Shown piece by piece: positions 16,902-25,295 of a stretch of 64,000 nt of DNA (position 1 is the stretch's first letter; each line of letters opens with the position of its first letter). Made by a program: the position numbers and the translations under genes. The notes under the pieces were generated by a model. It had not been told where the DNA came from, made no database searches, and saw only the letters and a program-made list of their open reading frames with translations. Where the stretch lies: the sequence record NC_042013.1. One strand, 5' to 3'.

Positions 16902-17714
16902 TCAAATATTTTTCCAATAATTATTAAATGCGTTCACTTTGCGATTGTCATCATAGCTAACGATGTCAGACGGCATAAAATATGAATATCCGTGATAGTT
17001 TTCTCCATAATGATATTTGTGAATAATGGTCGATTTGTTTAAAAAGATACTACCCTTATCTTTTGCTACAGACGATAAAACATAGTACGATTTACTATCT
17101 AGGCTGGAGGCATCAGCAAACCAAAACATCACCCCTTCATCAACCCTAACATGAACCGAATCTTTTGGAACATTGATATCAAGGATTATAAATTCACTAC
17201 CGTTTCCATACATCTTCTCAAGATAAGAATATCTTTTCTTATCAATAGGAACTATCCTGCCTTTGATGTGTGAATATTCACCATTCAACGGCGTACGAAA
17301 AGAATCGTCATAAGGCGTTAGCTTCCAAAACTTATTAAATTTCTCCATAGATGGTGAATTATACGAATCATTACGCAAATAATATTCGGTATTGTTAAAT
17401 GATATTTCGAATTCACCAAAAGAGGTTAAGCCAATAAATGCACCACCTTTAGTGTCAACATTAGTCTTTATAGGATGACCAACGGTAGTTATATATATCC
17501 CCTCCGCGCCCGCCCAATATTCATCATCTTCATCAATTAAGCGAAACAACACAGCACCGTTTTCTAGACGTGTACAATTAGCCCCTCGAGGTGTCTTTAT
17601 TTTAAGAGCAACAAATTCTTTACCGTAACGAATAGAATACATCAACAATTCTTCGTCGCAATCTTTAGATACCCGGTTTTTAATATGCGGGAAATATTCA
17701 AGAATCTTCATCAA
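16902..17714 (-). CDS. family D protein (internal two-domain repeat), paralogue of 18857-19654
   Basis: PHIK.R, YG.E.VAL, FIILD..VP..VRVDEGV.FWF, FN.(F/Y)WK twice. Confidence 0.85.
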   Translation of the reverse strand: MMKILEYFPHIKNRVSKDCDEELLMYSIRYGKEFVALKIKTPRGANCTRLENGAVLFRLIDEDDEYWAGAEGIYITTVGHPIKTNVDTKGGAFIGLTSFGEFEISFNNTEYYLRNDSYNSPSMEKFNKFWKLTPYDDSFRTPLNGEYSHIKGRIVPIDKKRYSYLEKMYGNGSEFIILDINVPKDSVHVRVDEGVMFWFADASSLDSKSYYVLSSVAKDKGSIFLNKSTIIHKYHYGENYHGYSYFMPSDIVSYDDNRKVNAFNNYWKNI

Positions 17715-18123
17715 TTGATCTTTCTTTCAGAGCATACAGAATCGTCCATTCATAAATTATTTCATCCATCCCAACACCAACAACTATAGATGTGATACTA
17801 AAAATATGAATGTCATAATCAGTATTCGTAAGTACATTCACTACTTTATTCAAACACTCATTAAGATTATAGGATACTGACGCGTCCAGTTTATAGCCGT
17901 AGCTGTTGATATAAAAATCAGAACATTCTACATAATCTTGACCAAGGTAATGAATAAATTTTTTAGGAACGCAAAAAACTCGCGGAGGAGAGAACCCATC
18001 CACGAATTTTTTAAAATTTTCAAGTATTTTTTTATTTTTAATTAGCTGAGTATATTCCACCCCAATTCGATCACCCTCGGTGGTAAAATATAAATCGGAC
18101 GCATACCTAAGGCAAAACTTCAT
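17698..18123 (-). CDS. family C-related protein
   Basis: ILENFKKFVDGFSPPRVF. Confidence 0.7.
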   Translation of the reverse strand: MKFCLRYASDLYFTTEGDRIGVEYTQLIKNKKILENFKKFVDGFSPPRVFCVPKKFIHYLGQDYVECSDFYINSYGYKLDASVSYNLNECLNKVVNVLTNTDYDIHIFSITSIVVGVGMDEIIYEWTILYALKERSIDEDS

Positions 18124-18344
18124 CGATTTTCCTTAATGTAATCGGTTATCTTCTTGCAATCGCGATGGCTGAAACCTTCCATAAGAAGGCAACTATCAAC
18201 GTATTTCACCAAACGATCATTGTCATTGATGATTTCAGGGATTTGAGTCAGAGTGCTAATCATACTATTAGCCTTCCAGAGTTTGATATGACCAGAAGAA
18301 AGAGAATTTGCAAAAACTTGAAATTCCGAACCAGATACCTTCAT
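18120..18344 (-). CDS. hypothetical protein
   Basis: first ORF after promoter copy 3; GGAG RBS. Confidence 0.7.
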   Translation of the reverse strand: MKVSGSEFQVFANSLSSGHIKLWKANSMISTLTQIPEIINDNDRLVKYVDSCLLMEGFSHRDCKKITDYIKENR

Positions 18345-18362
18345 GATCTATCTCCTCAACAC

Positions 18363-18405
18363 GTTTCGATGATGTTGTTATAACCCTATCTAAAAATAAT
18401 GTCAA
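18363..18405 (-). promoter_or_regulatory. sigma70-like early promoter, conserved motif copy 3
   Basis: TTGACATTATTTTT...TATAAC-N6-ATCGAAAC. Confidence 0.75.
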
Positions 18406-18411
18406 CTCTTT

Positions 18412-18798
18412 TTATTTTATCTCAAAAAAAGCAACCCTGATTTTTGTGTCAACGACCTCTTTCTTAAAATAACGATAAAGTACGTTGCGCAATTTATTAT
18501 CCCCAACATAGCTTTCTACATTAGTGATTGCCAAAAAAACATAATCATCAATGAGTGGGGGGATGATACGAGTAAAGGGAGAGGGCGATAGTCTGCCGCG
18601 ACTGACCAAATCCATAGTTTCCATATGATCAATGAATTTACCCATTTCAATTTTAATCACACGAACATCCGTGTTTTTAAAATGTTCGTGTAGATCAGCT
18701 AGTTGGGTTTCCAACTTAAAATACCCATCCGACTCAATAAAAGAAACTTCGCCGGAATTAACAATGTGATCCAACAGACCGGTAAAAGTAAATTCCAT
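18412..18798 (-). CDS. hypothetical protein (possibly distant family C)
   Basis: 128-aa ORF with AAGGAG RBS. Confidence 0.75.
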   Translation of the reverse strand: MEFTFTGLLDHIVNSGEVSFIESDGYFKLETQLADLHEHFKNTDVRVIKIEMGKFIDHMETMDLVSRGRLSPSPFTRIIPPLIDDYVFLAITNVESYVGDNKLRNVLYRYFKKEVVDTKIRVAFFEIK

Positions 18799-18856
18799 CT
18801 AAATCTCCTTTAATGTATTTTGCTATTTTCAAAAAATACACTATTCAAAAATAAAG

Positions 18857-19654
18857 TCAACCCTTTTTTATATTCCTCCAAAAATTAACGAACTCAGTAT
18901 AAGAGTACTCATCATCTAAAGAGTTATCCCAAGTTAAACGCCATCCCATTTCACGTTTCTTAAAAACCCCGTAATCACTATGAAAAATACGAAGTTCAGG
19001 ATTAGGATGATTATACTGTGTCGTCAAGAAAAACGTGGGGTATGATTGAATAGAGGTATGATCAAAATCAAACCAAAATAATACACCCTCATCAACCCTA
19101 ATATGTTCAACCTCCACAGGGACATCCATATCCAAAATGATAAAACCATTACCATATAAAGACGCAAGGGAAATATAACGTTCTTGTGACACTTTCACAC
19201 GTGCAGCACAAATATTGACAAATGACATTCGATTCTTAGAATTATAACATTCGTCAAATGGATACAATTTCCAAAAGTCATTAAAGCTTGTAACGTTTCG
19301 CGTTATATCAGACGAATGCCACATTCGGTAGATTCCTAACCCACCAAGAGAAATTTTCCCGAAATGACCATTTTCAATTCTAGCATATGCGGAGATATCA
19401 TAAATACTTTCAAATTCATGAAGATATGATGTCAAAACATATTCATCCGGTGAAGCAGTCGCCCGATATTTTTTTAATTGAAATGAACGAAAAAGATACC
19501 CACCGTTGTACTCTTCCGCAAAGGCACCATCCTCAATTTCAACATCAAGGGCAACAACCTCACAGCCGTACTTTAGCTGAAACATCAACTGATCCGAATC
19601 ATCCATTGGGATAATACGATATTTGATATGAGGATGATTTTCAAGGATTGTCAT
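18857..19654 (-). CDS. family D protein, paralogue of 16902-17714
   Basis: HPHIKYR, YGCEVVAL, FIILDMDVPVEVEHIRVDEGVLFWF, FNDFWK and FVNFWR. Confidence 0.85.
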   Translation of the reverse strand: MTILENHPHIKYRIIPMDDSDQLMFQLKYGCEVVALDVEIEDGAFAEEYNGGYLFRSFQLKKYRATASPDEYVLTSYLHEFESIYDISAYARIENGHFGKISLGGLGIYRMWHSSDITRNVTSFNDFWKLYPFDECYNSKNRMSFVNICAARVKVSQERYISLASLYGNGFIILDMDVPVEVEHIRVDEGVLFWFDFDHTSIQSYPTFFLTTQYNHPNPELRIFHSDYGVFKKREMGWRLTWDNSLDDEYSYTEFVNFWRNIKKG

Positions 19655-19857
19655 TCAGGACGAATTCCTAGATACGTGTAACCCTTACCAAAGGTAACAC
19701 TATAATTCAAAGACGTTTTGCCATCCAACGTAAAGTGAACATCCGTCACGTGAGGATTATTGACAATACGATGTGCAACATATCCTTGCGTTTCAAGACC
19801 GTTAATAAAACGTTCAGCCTCTTTCTTCGTCACTTTAAGTTGGATGGCGAGTTTCAT
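19651..19857 (-). CDS. hypothetical protein
   Basis: operon-coupled 68-aa ORF. Confidence 0.7.
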   Translation of the reverse strand: MKLAIQLKVTKKEAERFINGLETQGYVAHRIVNNPHVTDVHFTLDGKTSLNYSVTFGKGYTYLGIRPE

Positions 19858-20084
19858 TCTTTACCTCCAATGTCGTTGTAAACTTTCAATGCTTCTATAT
19901 ACGATGTTTCCTCAGAATACAATCGGTCATCGATCTTTATTTGATACGTAATTATTCCTTGCGTATGAACAACCACGCAAACCATTGTAACAATACAAAC
20001 GTTAGATTTGTACATTACAACCTTACTGTCAACATCAACTTTACTGATCTTGATGTTTTCAATAAAAGAATCCCAATCAGTCAT
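19854..20084 (-). CDS. hypothetical protein (paralogue of 20455-20643)
   Basis: C-terminal SY.EA...YN.I motif shared with 20455-20643. Confidence 0.7.
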   Translation of the reverse strand: MTDWDSFIENIKISKVDVDSKVVMYKSNVCIVTMVCVVVHTQGIITYQIKIDDRLYSEETSYIEALKVYNDIGGKE

Positions 20085-20314
20085 TGCAAATTCCTTTTTT
20101 GTAAGATTTCATTAAGTCTATCTTTATATTTTGCAACCTCCACACAATATTCATCTTCAGTGATTTCCGTCGCTAAATCTTTTTCAAAATGAGTCCAGTT
20201 GGTCGCATGAAAATAACGATAACCAGAACCTGTATCAACTATTAACCAATGATCACGATTCCATTGAACAATACTATAAGGCTTTCCGTAAGGAGATTTG
20301 TAATCTTCAAGCAT
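20081..20314 (-). CDS. hypothetical protein
   Basis: start refined to MLEDYKSPYGK. Confidence 0.7.
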   Translation of the reverse strand: MLEDYKSPYGKPYSIVQWNRDHWLIVDTGSGYRYFHATNWTHFEKDLATEITEDEYCVEVAKYKDRLNEILQKRNLQ

Positions 20315-20316
20315 TT

Positions 20317-20448
20317 TTATTTTACCCCTGTTCCATTGCAAGAAACACACTTAGGAGAACCAGCACAATCATAATGACCAGAACCATTGCACGCAGTGCA
20401 CTTCTTTTCAGTAGCCTTAGGTACAATCTTGAAACGCTTAGCCATCAT
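20317..20448 (-). CDS. 43-aa DnaJ-type CxxCxGxG zinc-finger microprotein
   Basis: read manually: MMAKRFKIVPKATEKKCTACNGSGHYDCAGSPKCVSCNGTGVK. Confidence 0.75.
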   Translation of the reverse strand: MMAKRFKIVPKATEKKCTACNGSGHYDCAGSPKCVSCNGTGVK

Positions 20449-20454
20449 AATCTC

Positions 20455-20643
20455 TTATACAATATTGTTATAATGTGAAATTGCGTCGTTGTAAGTATCA
20501 CCCGCACGTTTAAGTTCACCACCTTGTGTGACGAGATATACCGTGTCATTTTCAATATGGTTTATTTTACACGTCAACTTAACACGAACATAGCGATTAT
20601 TGACTACAACATCCTTGCTTACAAGTACAATTTCGGTCTTCAT
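20455..20643 (-). CDS. hypothetical protein
   Basis: start refined to MKTEIVLVS; GGAG RBS; after promoter copy 4. Confidence 0.7.
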   Translation of the reverse strand: MKTEIVLVSKDVVVNNRYVRVKLTCKINHIENDTVYLVTQGGELKRAGDTYNDAISHYNNIV

Positions 20644-20660
20644 CACAATCTCCATTATTA

Positions 20661-20702
20661 GTTTCGATGATATAGTTATACACATCTAAAAAATAATGTC
20701 AA
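20661..20702 (-). promoter_or_regulatory. sigma70-like early promoter, conserved motif copy 4
   Basis: TTGACATTATTTTT...TATAAC-N6-ATCGAAAC. Confidence 0.75.
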
Positions 20703-20744
20703 TGACTTATATAAAAAAAGCCCCAATCAAGGGGCTTTTAGTGT

Positions 20745-20915
20745 TTAAAGAATACCGGGAACGTATTTCAGTAAACTCAATATCGCGATGATAACAATAA
20801 TAAGCTTGGCGATCTTAGATGCAGGGTTTCCTAATCCAAGCATATCAACCAAATAACAACACAATACCGCAACCAAAAATACAATAAGAATAGAAATCAA
20901 AACGGATACCGTCAT
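20745..20915 (-). CDS. 56-aa two-helix membrane protein
   Basis: read manually: MTVSVLISILIVFLVAVLCVYLVDMLGLGNPASKIAKLIIVIIAILSLLKYVPGIL; GGAG RBS; terminator 20714-20739 downstream. Confidence 0.7.
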   Translation of the reverse strand: MTVSVLISILIVFLVAVLCCYLVDMLGLGNPASKIAKLIIVIIAILSLLKYVPGIL

Positions 20916-20974
20916 AATAAATCTCCAATTAACCTATATTAACTTTTGATTAGATCATTTGGTTCCATCAGACA

Positions 20975-21007
20975 TAAAAAAACTCCCCACAAAGGAGGAG
21001 TCTTTTT
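20975..21007 (-). terminator. intrinsic terminator ending the 21-kb RNA unit
   Basis: ACTCC-CC/GG-A-GGAGT hairpin followed by T-tract on minus strand. Confidence 0.65.
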
Positions 21008-21010
21008 GCT

Positions 21011-21441
21011 TGGCATGAAGGTAGCCGAAAGTGTGAGGATCGAACTCACGCATACCGGCTCAAAACGCAAATGCTATGCCGGGTGCTCTACCACGTACTG
21101 ACTTTCACAAATCCACCTTAATAATGCTTTTCGTTTTTGCGTTCAATCACTGGGCCTGTTTGGCATTGCACCAACTCAATGTTTTTAAAGCCTTTGCGTT
21201 TGTTACCCGCAAACCTAATGACAAAACTTACTAAGCATTCTATATATGAACCGCTACTCACTTTCCTCTGAGCTAACTTTCGATAAAAGATTTTCGAACT
21301 AAAAGCATTTCCCATCCTAACGACCTACTAAGGGGTATCCGTAGATAATGCCTTGGTACTAGTCCTTTAGAACTTCTGTGCGTCAATCCCAATTCCCTCA
21401 AGGGGTTTCAGTCAAGAACTGCCGTAATCCGAAAATCTTTA
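21011..21441 (-). ncRNA. candidate large ornate ncRNA (about 430 nt) ending in a tRNA-like domain
   Basis: own promoter and terminator; 11-bp AAAGATTTTCG/CGAAAATCTTT and 12/13-bp AATGCTTTTAGTT/AACGAAAAGCATT long-range helices plus many local hairpins. Confidence 0.6.
21025..21107 (-). tRNA. tRNA-like element with 18-nt expanded anticodon loop
   Basis: TGAAAGT/ACTTTCG acceptor, degenerate D arm with TGGTA, CCGGC/GCCGG stem, GTGAG-TTCGATC-CTCAC T arm, no CCA. Confidence 0.7.
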
Positions 21442-21444
21442 GGT

Positions 21445-21473
21445 AATATACGGGACACAAACCCGTTTGTCAA
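21445..21473 (-). promoter_or_regulatory. sigma70-like promoter of the 21-kb RNA
   Basis: TTGACA-17 nt-TATATT. Confidence 0.75.
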
Positions 21474-21562
21474 CAACTATTTTTATGTTTTTTACGAAAA
21501 ATATTTTATTTACTTTATACATATGTTATTATGTAGTTTAATAAAATACATGGTAATTTAAA

Positions 21563-22327
21563 ATGCATAATCGTAAGTCAAAATACACAAAAGAATTATT
21601 AGAACCAATCGTAAAAGAATCTCATTCAATGGCTACGGTTTTAAGGAAATTAAATTTACACCCTACAGGCGGATGTCATCAATATCTAAAAAATAAAATA
21701 ATCAATCATGGAATAGATATGTCGCATTTCACCGGCCAAGGGTGGAATAAAGGTTTAACAGCCGAAACCTCCGATGGAGTTAAAAGATCGCGTGATGCAA
21801 ATGCATATACTGATGAACAAATTTTATGTAAAAATTCTCCGCAAACAAGGTCAAGCCAGCTAAAATCTTTGATGATCAAAAACGGAAGAGAATATATATG
21901 CGAAAATGGTCATCCAGCAGAATGGATGGGACAGCCAATGACATTACATATTGATCATATTAATGGCGAGCGTACGGACAACCGCTTAGAAAACTTACGG
22001 TTCCTATGCCCTAATTGTCATCAACAAACGGACACGTGGGGTAGCAGAAAAGTAAAGTATAAATCAAAACGAGAAACTAAAACATCCACACCTAAAATTA
22101 AAAAACAATATACGTGTATAGAATGCGGAACGGTATCGCATCGGCGTGGTCGATTTTGTAGTAAAGAATGTGTCAATATCAACAGAAACAATAGATATCC
22201 ATTAGGGAATGTTCCAAAAGAAGATATCATTGCGAAATTAAACGAACTTGGGAATAATTATCTACAAACAGGTAAATTCTTCGGTGTATCTGATAACGCA
22301 ATTAGAAAGCGTTTGAAAACAAAATGA
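21563..22327 (+). CDS. free-standing HNH endonuclease with C-terminal Cys4 finger/HTH
   Basis: LHIDHINGERTDNRLENLRFLCPNCHQQT; CIECG...CSKEC. Confidence 0.9.
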   Translation: MHNRKSKYTKELLEPIVKESHSMATVLRKLNLHPTGGCHQYLKNKIINHGIDMSHFTGQGWNKGLTAETSDGVKRSRDANAYTDEQILCKNSPQTRSSQLKSLMIKNGREYICENGHPAEWMGQPMTLHIDHINGERTDNRLENLRFLCPNCHQQTDTWGSRKVKYKSKRETKTSTPKIKKQYTCIECGTVSHRRGRFCSKECVNINRNNRYPLGNVPKEDIIAKLNELGNNYLQTGKFFGVSDNAIRKRLKTK

Positions 22328-22328
22328 A

Positions 22329-22418
22329 TGGTACGGGTGGAGGGACTTGAACCCCCAAGCCTGCTAAAGAGGCGCGAGTACCTAAAACTCGTGCGTAGAC
22401 CAATTCCGCCACACCCGC
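22329..22418 (-). tRNA. tRNA-Leu(UAG)
   Basis: long variable arm, loop TT-TAG-GT, encoded CCA. Confidence 0.93.
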
Positions 22419-22458
22419 ATAACATTTCATTTGTAATCTTACTGACGTAAGATTGTTG

Positions 22459-22530
22459 AGCGGGTAGTGGGGACCGATCCCACGGCCTCTGACTTGGAAG
22501 GACAGCGCTCTACCATTAAGCTATACCCGC
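22459..22530 (-). tRNA. tRNA-Gly(UCC), atypical T-loop
   Basis: GCGGGTA/TACCCGC acceptor, U73, loop CT-TCC-AA, T-loop ATCGGTC, 3' CAA instead of CCA. Confidence 0.8.
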
Positions 22531-22538
22531 ATATAAGC

Positions 22539-22613
22539 TGGATCAGGGTGGATGATTCGAACATCCGACATCGAATACCAAAAATTCGCGTTCTACCACT
22601 GAACTAACCCTGA
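22539..22613 (-). tRNA. tRNA-Gln(UUG)
   Basis: cloverleaf, loop TT-TTG-GT, encoded CCA. Confidence 0.92.
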
Positions 22614-22666
22614 ACAACTTATGTAGTATTTATATCAGAACATTGCGTCGATTGCAACTATTATTT

Positions 22667-23029
22667 TTATTTAAATTTGTCTTTACCTTTTCCGTTTTCG
22701 TATGGGCTTGCGATATTATAGAAATCTTCTGGTCCGATTTTCTGTGCGCCTATTTGGTAGTATGCGCTATCGAAGAAGTATGCTGTACCTTTTTCACCAA
22801 GATCATCATAGATTGTTTCGTATAGGATACGTTGCACCCATCCGAGCATAATTTGTTTTGTCATGATTTCTGGTGAAACGTTTGCTCTTTCGTTTCCTTC
22901 AATGATATCGTTGACATAAATCGAATCGTTTACTTTTCGTTGAATGACCTCGCGTACTTCCTCCATAAACTGGTTAAGGCTATCATCGAGCATTTGTCTT
23001 GCTTTGATTTCCTTTTGATCTTCGGTCAT
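22667..23029 (-). CDS. hypothetical protein
   Basis: 120-aa ORF, AAGGA RBS. Confidence 0.75.
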   Translation of the reverse strand: MTEDQKEIKARQMLDDSLNQFMEEVREVIQRKVNDSIYVNDIIEGNERANVSPEIMTKQIMLGWVQRILYETIYDDLGEKGTAYFFDSAYYQIGAQKIGPEDFYNIASPYENGKGKDKFK

Positions 23030-23030
23030 T

Positions 23031-23468
23031 TTAATTCCTTTCTACAGCAAAGTTTATATCCCAACTTATTTTGCAATCCTCGTCATTCATATTAATCCCT
23101 ACTATACGTGAAAATATGCTCTGAAGATATAGATTTTTTTCATTATCGTTTAACAAATTTTGGAATACTTCTTTTATTGCGTCGAGGGAATTACGTCTTA
23201 CATTACATAACCTTACTGGTTTACCATTTATGGACGCGGCGTCGTGTACGACATAAAGATCATTTTTGTATTTGATAATTTGTCGATCCAGATTAAAAAT
23301 TCTTTTGGGATATTCTGTTTGTAGTTCATTGATCATTTGTTTGAGATGATCTGCCATTAGATTTCCGGTATATATTAGGACTTGATGTCCTGATTTCATA
23401 ATACCTCTTGATTTATGTTGATCATCTATAAAAGGTTCTATGAATTCATCGAAATCAAACGGACGCAT
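23031..23468 (-). CDS. family C-related protein (long form)
   Basis: start refined to MRPFDFDEF; ELQTEYPKRIF. Confidence 0.75.
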   Translation of the reverse strand: MRPFDFDEFIEPFIDDQHKSRGIMKSGHQVLIYTGNLMADHLKQMINELQTEYPKRIFNLDRQIIKYKNDLYVVHDAASINGKPVRLCNVRRNSLDAIKEVFQNLLNDNEKNLYLQSIFSRIVGINMNDEDCKISWDINFAVERN

Positions 23469-23874
23469 ATATTGGTTTCCATTTATAAAAAATACAAAAA
23501 TCTGAATCAATATGAACTGAATAGTCGAAACCAAATATGGTTACTTTTTTATATTTTAGTAAAAGTTTAGTTAAGAAATATTTAAGTTCAGAGATTCGCA
23601 TATTATCGCCAAATAATAACCCGCAATCGCATCCGTTCATTTTTACGGCTGTCGGTGCTACGTTATATGGTACGCCTTGATAAAATACTTTCTGACGTGG
23701 AATTGAAAATAATTTATCTGGATATTCATTTTTCAATTCCGTCAACATATTTTCAAATTCTTGATAGGAAGCGTGTGGGACACCCAATGACCGCATTGTG
23801 TCTCCGTTATACCGGATATCCATCACTCCTACTTCCATGATTTCTGGAATATCAAAATACTCATCCCCACGCAT
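23455..23874 (-). CDS. family C-related protein (long form)
   Basis: ELKNEYPDKLF...Y.V.P..VKMNG. Confidence 0.75.
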   Translation of the reverse strand: MRGDEYFDIPEIMEVGVMDIRYNGDTMRSLGVPHASYQEFENMLTELKNEYPDKLFSIPRQKVFYQGVPYNVAPTAVKMNGCDCGLLFGDNMRISELKYFLTKLLLKYKKVTIFGFDYSVHIDSDFCIFYKWKPIYASV

Positions 23875-24316
23875 ATGTTATATTCCAATTCAATCTGATT
23901 TTTGTTTTTGCATTTGAGTTAGGTGCTGGATGTGTGCGTGATATTGACCATACGCTAATGCTATAGACTATGATTTTTGTTTCTTGATTTTTCTTGATAG
24001 TGTCTTCACAATCTTCTTGGAACTCTGCACAATTCTGATATGTGTACATTTGAAATTTGCGTTTACGACCATTTAGATTGATATGGTCTGGAAGTACTGC
24101 AAATTTTTTATTGTCACAATATATGAATGATTTATGAAAACCATATATGTTGTTTGGGAATTTTTTGTTTAGGTATTGGCATAGCTCATCAATTTCACTG
24201 ATGATTATCTGCTGGAAATCTGAACTATTAGGCCAGAACCCGTACGGCATCCGTCTTCCCATACAGTCATCATAACAACGTTCGATTAAATCATTTGAAT
24301 TTAGTTCAATTATCAT
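23861..24316 (-). CDS. family C-related protein (long form)
   Basis: LNKKFPNNIY...F.V.P.HINLNG. Confidence 0.75.
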   Translation of the reverse strand: MIIELNSNDLIERCYDDCMGRRMPYGFWPNSSDFQQIIISEIDELCQYLNKKFPNNIYGFHKSFIYCDNKKFAVLPDHINLNGRKRKFQMYTYQNCAEFQEDCEDTIKKNQETKIIVYSISVWSISRTHPAPNSNAKTKIRLNWNITYAWG

Positions 24317-24330
24317 ATGATTTCCTTTAG

Positions 24331-24945
<615 letters not shown>

Positions 24946-24954
24946 AGAAAGTCC

Positions 24955-25096
24955 TTATTCATTTGATGGTCGCTGTGTCCGAGAACTCTATTAACTGTTC
25001 TCATTCCGGTGACGCGGCGATCTATTTTCGAATGGTTCGTCACAACCGTGTTCGATTATTGATCCTGTTATAGAACAGCGACCATCAAATGAATAA
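24955..25096 (-). ncRNA. candidate structured RNA closed by a perfect 22-bp terminal helix
   Basis: TTATTCATTTGATGGTCGCTGT inverted repeat (24955-24976/25075-25096); inner GTGACG/CGTCAC and GAGAAC/GTTCTC hairpins; potential pseudoknot. Confidence 0.6.
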
Positions 25097-25104
25097 AGAA
25101 AGTG

Positions 25105-25213
25105 TGGTGCCTCAGAGGGGATTCGAACTCCTGACCTGCGGGTTATGAAAACTTTCCTCGAAACCTACCGAAAATTTTCAAAACCGCTGCTCTACCAACT
25201 GAGCTACTGAGGC
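25105..25213 (-). tRNA. interrupted tRNA, Met(CAU)-type, 33-nt insertion in the anticodon loop
   Basis: GCCTCAG/CTGAGGC acceptor, A73-CCA, perfect D arm, TTCGAAT T-loop; removing 25180-25148 gives loop TT-CAT-AA. Confidence 0.85.
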
Positions 25214-25232
25214 ATATTGCGTTTCTTTATTG

Positions 25233-25268
25233 TATTTATAATATACACGATGTTATTATGAACGTCAA
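25233..25268 (-). promoter_or_regulatory. tandem sigma70-like and late (TATAAATA) promoter for the interrupted tRNA-Met
   Basis: TTGACG-17 nt-TATATT; TATAAATA at 25240-25233. Confidence 0.75.
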
Positions 25269-25295
25269 TAAAGAAAATGCAATTGAGAATTAAAA

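Noticed and set aside
21120-21441. RNase P RNA or group I intron (GAGGAAAGT, GCACAGAA, TGAAACCC, GACTA words present)
   Set aside because: The conserved-region-like words are in the wrong order, and no P4 partner or AAGAUAUAGUC-type S element was found.
24955-25096. Complete retron
   Set aside because: No reverse transcriptase (no YADD-type motif) among the ORFs in the window; kept only as an RNA candidate.
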